From the NCBI GenBank assembly GCA_046345315.1, contig JBKDKA010000111.1:2062-34061 (forward strand): DNA of 32,000 nt, given 5' to 3'. Below, one piece after another: positions 25,261 to 32,000 of this stretch (position 1 is its first letter; each line of letters begins with the position of its first letter). This DNA comes from Planctomyces sp. (GTDB lineage: Bacteria > Planctomycetota > Planctomycetia > Planctomycetales > Planctomycetaceae). Made by a program: the position numbers and the translations under genes. The notes below the pieces were generated by a model. It worked only from the letters and a program-made list of their open reading frames with translations, searched no databases and had not been told where the DNA came from.

Positions 25261-25788
25261 TTACTTCAGCTCGATATCCGGAATTACAGTGCCACCCACT
25301 GCGACTGTAACCTGAACTCCGGATGTTTTCTGACGTGTCAGCTTTGCCGGAAGTTTTTCCGGCCGTTCATCGGAGGAATACTGAGCAACCTCTTCGGGAG
25401 TTCCCGACCAGCTGAAACTGGCGCGGTATTCTCCTGCCGGTACTCCGAAGCCCGATCCGGCAGCACGAAACGTCTGCATTCGGAAGCCGCCGTCTTCGGC
25501 AACAACCGCCGTATAAACCTCTCCCTTTGCGCTTTCCGATGCCGCAGTGACCGGGAACAATCGCACTGTACCACCCGCGATCGGCTTCCCCTGGAAGCTC
25601 ACTCGGCCTGACACCGGCTGCAGGTCATCAAACGTCTTCGGCTCACTGGCTTCCTGCTGACCACAGCCAGAACAGAAGACTGCAGCAATCAGCAACAAAG
25701 CTGCCGCAAAGTGCCTTCGCACAGGCGTCAAGCCTGCAGTTCTGTCACCACCCGTCTGCGTTACGCTGTACTGAAATCTGGTTACCAT
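25261..25788 (-). CDS. Putative lipoprotein with carboxypeptidase-regulatory-like/transthyretin-like domain
   Basis: Lipobox-like LLLIAAVFCSGCGQQ; VSGRVSFQGKPIAGGTVRLFP ... AEDGGFRM ... GVPAGEYRASF. ORF opens to 25824; start at MVTRF (25788) is plausible. Confidence 0.75.
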   Translation of the reverse strand: MVTRFQYSVTQTGGDRTAGLTPVRRHFAAALLLIAAVFCSGCGQQEASEPKTFDDLQPVSGRVSFQGKPIAGGTVRLFPVTAASESAKGEVYTAVVAEDGGFRMQTFRAAGSGFGVPAGEYRASFSWSGTPEEVAQYSSDERPEKLPAKLTRQKTSGVQVTVAVGGTVIPDIELK

Positions 25789-26355
25789 CCGAAGCCTTGA
25801 AAACGACCAAAAGTTAACTGCCATTCGTCATATCCCTCGCCGAAACGTCATCTCCACACCCTGATGCTTCGCATCCCAGCGATGGAGAGCATGCCGCCAA
25901 AAATGAAAATGTTAGGCAGCGGAGAGGGACGTTGTTTCCTGTCTCCAGCGGAGACTGTGTGTTTCAGACGAAGGGCATCTTTCGCGGAATTGTTAAGAAA
26001 TCATGAACAAATATTTTTTTCTCAGAATGCGCCAATGCAGGTCAGCCTGGTGTTTCGGAAATCAGCACGGACATCAGCGAAGCCCGCGAGAAGCCTTCCT
26101 GATGCGATGAACTCGATGTCCGTGGACTCGATGCGATAAAGCAGATGGCCTCGAATAATCCCCGCAGATTACCAGCTCTGTAATCGTTGCCCTGTCTGGC
26201 TGATCCGGAAACGCATCGCACCCTGTTTTTCCGGTCGTCGAGCGACACGATCCAGAGCGGATATTCGGAGATACCGGAAAGGCCCGAATTTCTTATCACA
26301 TGAACTGACGATTCTTGAAACACATCAAAATTTTTTCCCGACACGGAGGTGTTCA

Positions 26356-26928
26356 GTGATGGTTCGAAATCAGTTCACTCGAAAGTTCATCTGCACATTG
26401 ACGAGTGCTGTGACCCTGGGAAGCGGCCTGAGTGTCCAGGCAGCGGACAAGGTGACAACTCCGTCAACCACGACGGTCACCGCTCAGCCGAAGGATGCTC
26501 CCGGAAAAATCCGAGACGTGAAGCTGTCCGAAGGCGGCGTTCTGGAAATGCAGCTTGTCGACCAGAACAGTCGGCCGATTCAGGACGTTTCGGTGGAGTT
26601 GCAGTTTGGAGGGAAGCGCGTTGCAACGGCGCGAAGCGACAAAACCGGCACCGTTCGTTTCGTTCGAGTTCGTGCCGGCCAGCATACAATTCAGGCGGGG
26701 GACAACATTCAGAATGTGCGACTCTGGCAGGGTGATGCTGCTCCGCCACAGGCCGTCACCAAACTCGCTGTGACAACTGAAGAGCGGATCGTTCGCGGTC
26801 AGGGCGGCGCTGGAGGTTTTCTGATTCCTATCACCGTCGGGGGTGCGCTCGCAGGCGCCATTTACAGCGTTGTTGAAACTCAGGACCTGAAAGATGAAGT
26901 TGATGCTCTGCGAGCCGCCAGTCCCTAG
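26356..26928 (+). CDS. Secreted protein with carboxypeptidase-regulatory-like domain and C-terminal hydrophobic segment
   Basis: Signal peptide FICTLTSAVTLGSGLSVQA; GVLEMQLVDQNSRPIQDVSVELQFGGKRVATARSDKTGTVRFVRVRAGQHTI; GGFLIPITVGGALAGAIYSVV. Confidence 0.65.
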   Translation: MMVRNQFTRKFICTLTSAVTLGSGLSVQAADKVTTPSTTTVTAQPKDAPGKIRDVKLSEGGVLEMQLVDQNSRPIQDVSVELQFGGKRVATARSDKTGTVRFVRVRAGQHTIQAGDNIQNVRLWQGDAAPPQAVTKLAVTTEERIVRGQGGAGGFLIPITVGGALAGAIYSVVETQDLKDEVDALRAASP

Positions 26929-26994
26929 TCTGGCGTTGTGCCGCAGGCTGGTGCATTTGCAGTCATGAAATGAAGGAAGACGAAAGGTGGGTCC

Positions 26995-27056
26995 TGTGTG
27001 CCACTGGCTATGCCAGTGCTGCTGCTGGAACACACTGGCATAGCCAGTGGCACACA
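26995..27056. repeat. Perfect long inverted repeat (24-bp arms, 14-nt loop)
   Basis: TGTGTGCCACTGGCTATGCCAGTG (26995-27018), loop CTGCTGCTGGAACA, CACTGGCATAGCCAGTGGCACACA (27033-27056). Exact reverse complements. Confidence 0.9.
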
Positions 27057-27246
27057 TCAATTGATCCTGGACAGAGCAATGGATTGTTCTGCACGTCAGA
27101 TTACTCGGATTTCGTACAGTCTCGCTCGGTTAACGGTTCCTGCCCGTTCGAAATTCCGCACGCCGGCGATGTGCTGGACAATCCGCAGTATCCTGATGAC
27201 GGACAGCGGCAGCTCATTTCCGACATCCTGAAAACATGCCATAATG

Positions 27247-27272
27247 CGAGCGCGGTGTCCACACCGCGCTCG
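27247..27272 (+). terminator. Terminator-like hairpin immediately upstream of the M20 gene
   Basis: CGAGCGCGGTG-TCCA-CACCGCGCTCG, an 11-bp perfect stem followed by TTTCGTGTTTT. Confidence 0.65.
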
Positions 27273-27294
27273 TTTCGTGTTTTCAGGAAACAAA

Positions 27295-28569
27295 ATGAAT
27301 CGAATCGACCACTCACGCATCACCGCTGCCGATATCGAACGAGTGATACCCTTTGAGGTACTGATCGATCGGATCGCCGAATCCCGCGCATCGGCACTCA
27401 CCGAATGTCGCCGGGCGCTGCATCAGTTTCCGGAACCGAGCGGTGAAGAAACCGCCACTACGGCGTTCATCGCTGATCGGCTGAAGCAGCTGGGAATTGA
27501 TGCTCGCATCCCGGATCGGGGCGTCGGCGTCATCGGTGACCTGCGCATCGGACCGAAGGACGATACAACGCCGATCATTGCTCTGCGTGCTGACATCGAT
27601 GCCCTGCGAATGACCGATGCGAAGAATGTCGAATACGCATCACAGCGTTCCGGATTCGCTCATGCCTGTGGACATGATGCTCACACAACAGTCATTCTTG
27701 CTGCTGCCGAAATCCTGGAGACCGTGGCGTCTCGTTCGCAGGAGTCAGAACTTCCACCGATGCGGTTTCGATTCATTTTTCAGCCGGCAGAAGAAACAGC
27801 TCAAGGCGCTGAATGGATGATTTCGGACGGCGCTCTCGATGGCGTTCAGGAAATTCTCGGCCTTCATATGGATCCGACCATTCGAGCCGGACGAGTCGGC
27901 ATTCGCTACGGAGTCCTGACGGCTCAGGTCGATGATATTCACTTTCTGATTCACGGGCGAGGTGGACACGCCGCCCGTCCGCACGACAGCAGTGATCCGA
28001 TCGCTGCGGCAGTGTTATTGGTTTCGACGTTCTATCAGCAGATTCCTCGAAATGCGGATGCACTTACTCCGACAGTCTTTACCATCGGATCCATTCACGG
28101 TGGCACGGCATCCAACGTCATCCCGGATCACGTCCGCCTCTCCGGCACTCTTCGTTCAACGGATTCCACAACTCGAGCAGCCACGGTGGGAAAGATCAGG
28201 AAGATCTGTGAATCAGTCGGTGCAATGACCGGCAATACCATTGAACCGGAGTTTCGAATGGGGCTGGGAGCGGTCATCAACGATTACCGTGTGACATCAG
28301 CTCTGGAAGAATCTGCTCGCCTTGTGATCGGCTCCGACAACGTCGTCAGCATCGGTCGACCAAGTATGGGCGGCGAAGACTTTGCCGCATACATCGAACG
28401 GATTCCGGGCGCCCAGTTCCGACTGGGATGTGCCGGCGACGATCGCGACTGGCCTCTGCTGCACTCTCCGGTTTTTGATATCGAAGAATCCTCGATGGTC
28501 GTGGGTGCTCGCGTCCTGGCCCGTGCCGCTCTGCTGCTGGCTATGACACCACGGAGGATCACAACATGA
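27295..28569 (+). CDS. M20-family amidohydrolase / peptidase (HipO/AbgB-like)
   Basis: RRALHQFPEPSGEETATTAFI, IIALRADIDALRM, SGFAHACGHDAHTTVILAAAEIL, FRFIFQPAEETAQGAEWMI, GLHMDPTIRAG, SIHGGTASNVIPDHVRLSGTLRS, MGGEDFAAYIERIPGAQFRLG. Confidence 0.93.
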   Translation: MNRIDHSRITAADIERVIPFEVLIDRIAESRASALTECRRALHQFPEPSGEETATTAFIADRLKQLGIDARIPDRGVGVIGDLRIGPKDDTTPIIALRADIDALRMTDAKNVEYASQRSGFAHACGHDAHTTVILAAAEILETVASRSQESELPPMRFRFIFQPAEETAQGAEWMISDGALDGVQEILGLHMDPTIRAGRVGIRYGVLTAQVDDIHFLIHGRGGHAARPHDSSDPIAAAVLLVSTFYQQIPRNADALTPTVFTIGSIHGGTASNVIPDHVRLSGTLRSTDSTTRAATVGKIRKICESVGAMTGNTIEPEFRMGLGAVINDYRVTSALEESARLVIGSDNVVSIGRPSMGGEDFAAYIERIPGAQFRLGCAGDDRDWPLLHSPVFDIEESSMVVGARVLARAALLLAMTPRRITT

Positions 28570-29681
28570 CCGTGATGCGATTTACACCGAATACCAGCCC
28601 GACAGTCGGGGTGGAGATCGAACTTCAGATGGTGGATGCCGAAGAATTGGCACTCTGCAGCTGCATCTCTGAGGTGATTGCTGCGATTCCGCCACATCTG
28701 CGCGGCTCCGTGAAGCCGGAGCTGATGCAGTGTTACATTGAAATCAATACGCGGATCTGCAGAACCGTCCGGGAAGCCGGAGAAGACCTTCGAGAAAAAC
28801 TGGCGGATCTCGAAAGCGTCGTCAATCCACTGGGAATTCAGCTCTTCTGGGCAGCAACGCACCCGTTCTCTTCATGGCGTCATCAGCACATCACAGTCAA
28901 CGATCGCTACCTGCGGCTCGTTGAACTCATGGAAGACGTGGCACGGCGGCTGGTCACGTTCGGCCTTCATGTCCATGTGGGTGTCGACACCGGCGACAAG
29001 GCAATCATGATCTGCGATCGGATGCAGCAGCACCTTCCGCTGCTGCTGGCTCTTTCTGCCAACTCCCCATTCTGGGAAGGTCGAAACACGGGCCTGAAAT
29101 CCAACCGTTCCAAAATCATGGAAGGCCTTCCGACCGCAGGGCTTCCTTATCAGATGCGAAACTGGAGCGAATATGTCTGGCTGGTGAATCATCTGATCGA
29201 TACCGGCTTTATCAATTCCATTCGCGAAATCTGGTGGGACATCCGTCCGCATCATCACTTCGGAACAGTCGAAATCCGCGTCTGCGATGTGCCGCCCAAT
29301 CTTGATCACGTTCTGGCGCTCACGGCGCTGATCCAGTGTCTTGTGCATACGATTTCCATCGAAATTGATGAAGGGACGTTTCTGGGTGATTACCATCCGA
29401 TGATGGTGGAACAGAACAAATGGCGAGCCACACGTTACGGGGCTGATGCCTCACTGGTAAGCTCAAAGGATTTTCAGCCACGGTCGGTACAGACAATCGT
29501 CGACAACCTCGTCGAACAGCTCACTCCGGCGGCCATTGAGCTCAGCTGCCTGCCGGAGCTCCGAAGCGTGCGCGAACTGCCATCCAACACGGGTGCCCGG
29601 CAGCAACTGGAAATTTTTCAGGCGACTCAGAGCCGTCGTCAGGTCGTTCGGGAAATGATCGAGCGAAATCGGAAACAGTAA
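28566..29681 (+). CDS. ybdK: Carboxylate-amine ligase, YbdK family (GCS2-like)
   Basis: TVGVEIELQMVDAEELAL, SVKPELMQCYIEINTRIC, WAATHPFSSWRHQHIT, TFGLHVHVGVDTGDKAI, LLALSANSPFWEGRNTGLKSNRSKIMEGLPTAGLP. ATGA start/stop overlap with the M20 gene. Confidence 0.92.
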   Translation: MTVMRFTPNTSPTVGVEIELQMVDAEELALCSCISEVIAAIPPHLRGSVKPELMQCYIEINTRICRTVREAGEDLREKLADLESVVNPLGIQLFWAATHPFSSWRHQHITVNDRYLRLVELMEDVARRLVTFGLHVHVGVDTGDKAIMICDRMQQHLPLLLALSANSPFWEGRNTGLKSNRSKIMEGLPTAGLPYQMRNWSEYVWLVNHLIDTGFINSIREIWWDIRPHHHFGTVEIRVCDVPPNLDHVLALTALIQCLVHTISIEIDEGTFLGDYHPMMVEQNKWRATRYGADASLVSSKDFQPRSVQTIVDNLVEQLTPAAIELSCLPELRSVRELPSNTGARQQLEIFQATQSRRQVVREMIERNRKQ

Positions 29682-29686
29682 TCAAC

Positions 29687-30397
29687 ATGTCGAATCGAGA
29701 AGCGAAATTCCTGGCCCTTGCATGGTCCGACAATCCAACACTGCTGGCGGAAGATCTCACGGCGTTCATGAGCTGGCTGAAGCAGAACGCACTTCAGAGT
29801 CATCAGGATGGCGCTGGTACTCCTGATGATCGAACAGCATCGTTGCGCATCATCACGAATTCCGCAGCGGAGGCACTCCAGCGGGTGGTTCCGTTGAGTG
29901 ACGCGCTCTCTGCTTATCGAAGGCTGGTCCAGAAACCACAGATTGATACCACGGTTCTGCTGCCGCTGGTGGAGTCACTCTCTGCAGCGGCTGAGGCTCA
30001 GCTGGATGTCGCTGTCTCTGTAATCCCGGACATTGAGCGACATATCGCTGATTTTCGTCGATGGGCACAGATTCAGGCTCAGAAGGAATCTGACATCCCT
30101 CTTCGAAGCGAGATTCTGAAAACCACGATCGAGGAACTTGGCGACGAACTGCTGGTGCTGACGGACGAAAATGGCAGCGTCAAACTCCGGGGAACTTCCA
30201 ACATTCCGATGTTTCTCGCATTCTGGCGAGCACGCGGACACCGCCTCGGACCGGAAGCATTCCTCGACATCGACCGAAATGTCAGGAAAACGAATCTCGA
30301 TCGCCATCGAACACGTCTGTGCGCTCTGCTGCAGAGAGTCCTGCTTGAAATCGTTGCCGACGGCAACGGGCTGAAACTTCAAAAATGCCGCGAATAG
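29687..30397 (+). CDS. Conserved-looking hypothetical protein, helical
   Basis: ORF starts 6 nt after the ybdK stop in a co-directional run; protein MSNREAKFLALAWSDNPTLLAEDLTAFMSWLKQNAL... No family motif recognised. Confidence 0.6.
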   Translation: MSNREAKFLALAWSDNPTLLAEDLTAFMSWLKQNALQSHQDGAGTPDDRTASLRIITNSAAEALQRVVPLSDALSAYRRLVQKPQIDTTVLLPLVESLSAAAEAQLDVAVSVIPDIERHIADFRRWAQIQAQKESDIPLRSEILKTTIEELGDELLVLTDENGSVKLRGTSNIPMFLAFWRARGHRLGPEAFLDIDRNVRKTNLDRHRTRLCALLQRVLLEIVADGNGLKLQKCRE

Positions 30398-30477
30398 ATT
30401 GTTGTGGCCGGTCTCCGACCGAGCCACCTCGTTGGCCGAACATCGTTCCGGATTCAGAACGCTGTCTCCGCATCGTT

Positions 30478-31944
30478 TTATTTCGGCGCAGGCACCGTCT
30501 CTGCGACGTTCCGGATATGGTTCAGGACTCGCAGGTGAATCTGATGCACCAGTGAGTCCGACCAGAGAGTCCAGTAACTTTGAGGATGCATTTCCAGAAC
30601 GTACCAGGTTGTTCCGATCAGCCGAGTACCACCGCTGGGAAGTGGTTCCAGCAGAAATTCTCCCCGAGTTGACCGAAAGGCTCCGTCCAGATGTGGCGGA
30701 TGAATATGACGATACGGTGTGAGCTCAAACATCGGTTCGGGCTGTTCAGTCACATCGAATGCCAGTCGACGATTTTCCTGCCACACCGTAATCGGTTCGA
30801 CAAATGTACCGGTTGTAAACTCACAATAACGGATGGAACCAACTCCTGAACCGTCAATGCGAGCCCTCAGCGGAGCGGCGATTCCTGAACGGAAGAACCA
30901 GGCGGGTTCATCGGTGATTTCCGGAAAAGCAATGACCTGCTTCCAGACGATCTCCGGAGGTGCCTGAATATCGATGGACGTTCTGACAGCGAACACAGGC
31001 TCCGGTGAGATCAGATGTTCAACGGAAGCGAGCAACGGCAGCGCTGCGATGCACCACATCATCCCGCCCGCCTCACGTCCGGGCTGAACGGATTCGGTCG
31101 TGATGGAGCGTCCGATCAGAGCTCCCATCATTGCAATCGGCAGCATAATGGGCATGGCCATAATGATACAGATGGCACCTTCCAGCCCCACCAGCAGCAG
31201 TCCGAAACAGCAGCAGAACACCATGGCCGTCGTATGCAGCAGTGTCAGCAGCACAGGGCGTCGCGATGGTCGATTAAAGAAAAAAGAACTGACCGCACCT
31301 GAGACCAGTGGTGTTCCGAAGAATAATGCAGCACCGTAGCTGTCCAGCACATAGATCGTCAGTACAGTGGAAGCAAGAGCATAAAGAACCCCTGCACCGA
31401 GACCATAAACAGTCGCGAGCACACCCGAGCCCGTGAATACTCCGGTTTCCGGAACTGTCACCAGCACAGACGGATCCGGTGCCTTCCAGACTTCACGCAG
31501 CATCTGAGCCTGTTCGTCTTCGGACTGGGCTGCATTTGTTTTCGTCGGAATCAGACTCAGGAGAAACATGCCGAGAAAATTTACCAGTGGCACCAGCATG
31601 ATCAGGCCGAACCAGGGAGAAATCCCCGCGTCGCGGCACCGGCGAATGCTCATCGCAACGGCAATCCAGACAAACGGAATAGTCCAGAGCACCAGCGCCA
31701 TTCCCAACCATTCGGGGGCGCCTTCCGTGAAGCGAGCTCGGCTGCTGAGCAGCGGAGTGAGATAATCGAGAGGCGTATAGAAACGCCCCGTCATTCCGCT
31801 GATCACGGATGCTTCGACGGCATACTTCAGCAGCGACAGGCCCAGTCCCGTGAAGAGGTACTGCTGCCGCCCGACGGAACCATTCAGATGAACGCACGCA
31901 GAAACTCGGAACGCAGGTGATGGAGCCATAGAGCGTCCTGCCAA
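30478..31944 (-). CDS. Membrane protein with DUF805-like N-terminal region and C-terminal SRPBCC/START-like domain
   Basis: Multiple TM segments incl. VAMSIRRCRDAGISPWFGLIMLVPLVNFLGMFLLSLIP; C-terminal SIDIQAPPEIVWKQVIAFPEITDEPAWFFRSGIAAP ... GSIRYCEFTTGTFVEPITVWQENRRLAFDVTEQPEPM ... GTTWYVLEMHPQSYWTLWSDSLVHQIHLRVLNHI. Confidence 0.72.
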   Translation of the reverse strand: MAGRSMAPSPAFRVSACVHLNGSVGRQQYLFTGLGLSLLKYAVEASVISGMTGRFYTPLDYLTPLLSSRARFTEGAPEWLGMALVLWTIPFVWIAVAMSIRRCRDAGISPWFGLIMLVPLVNFLGMFLLSLIPTKTNAAQSEDEQAQMLREVWKAPDPSVLVTVPETGVFTGSGVLATVYGLGAGVLYALASTVLTIYVLDSYGAALFFGTPLVSGAVSSFFFNRPSRRPVLLTLLHTTAMVFCCCFGLLLVGLEGAICIIMAMPIMLPIAMMGALIGRSITTESVQPGREAGGMMWCIAALPLLASVEHLISPEPVFAVRTSIDIQAPPEIVWKQVIAFPEITDEPAWFFRSGIAAPLRARIDGSGVGSIRYCEFTTGTFVEPITVWQENRRLAFDVTEQPEPMFELTPYRHIHPPHLDGAFRSTRGEFLLEPLPSGGTRLIGTTWYVLEMHPQSYWTLWSDSLVHQIHLRVLNHIRNVAETVPAPK

Positions 31945-32000
31945 TAGATCACAATCAGACCGTTGACAATCAAAGTGAGTTTCAGTCTATCCGAGATGCG

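Noticed and set aside
26464-27060. 198-aa minus-strand ORF
   Set aside because: Antisense to the 190-aa secreted-protein gene. Its start lies inside the 24-bp-arm hairpin, so it is a repeat-derived artefact.
26970-27356. 128-aa plus-strand ORF through the palindrome
   Set aside because: Reads straight through the hairpin and terminator and overlaps the M20 start out of frame; no family resemblance.
1-32000. CRISPR arrays, tRNA/rRNA, tmRNA (ssrA) near smpB, transposases, integrases, phage or toxin-antitoxin/defence genes
   Set aside because: Looked for by eye on both strands and not found. The only direct repeats noted are the 40-bp and 15-bp tandem units and the two 95-bp copies, none with regular spacer spacing.

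Overview
This 32 kb window looks chromosomal and planctomycete-like, judging by DUF1501/DUF1553-type proteins, a DUF1559 pseudopilin-like protein, and TAT and lipoprotein signals. About 24 protein-coding genes are supported. Positions 1-16221 are almost entirely minus strand: PhoD-like phosphatase (partial), smpB, a TAT-signal NHL beta-propeller protein, a DUF1501 + PSCyt/PSD1 pair, a U32 peptidase, a TraB/GumN-like protein, an LpxH-like phosphoesterase, an alpha/beta hydrolase, a PAP2 phosphatase, a GT4 glycosyltransferase and a methyltransferase. A divergent plus-strand run at 16464-23970 is the most interesting protein-level object. It encodes a GMC-type oxidoreductase, a phosphatidylserine-decarboxylase-like enzyme, a 656-aa protein that looks like a divergent SDR/epimerase region fused to a divergent FAD/PCMH oxidase, a 768-aa protein that looks like two class-III aminotransferase-like folds in tandem (the N-terminal one apparently without the catalytic lysine), and a small multipass membrane protein. 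This could be an uncharacterised lipid or amino-modified metabolite pathway. The run ends at a strong bidirectional terminator hairpin. Non-coding observations include a 95-bp gapless dispersed repeat present twice (3206-3300 and 18099-18193, 74/95 identical by hand count, with an inverted-repeat end structure in copy 2), a ~340-bp nested inverted/tandem repeat element next to copy 1, and a perfect 24-bp-arm hairpin at 26995-27056. No rRNA, tRNA, CRISPR array, transposase or recognisable defence system was seen. Product names come from reading motifs, without database searches.
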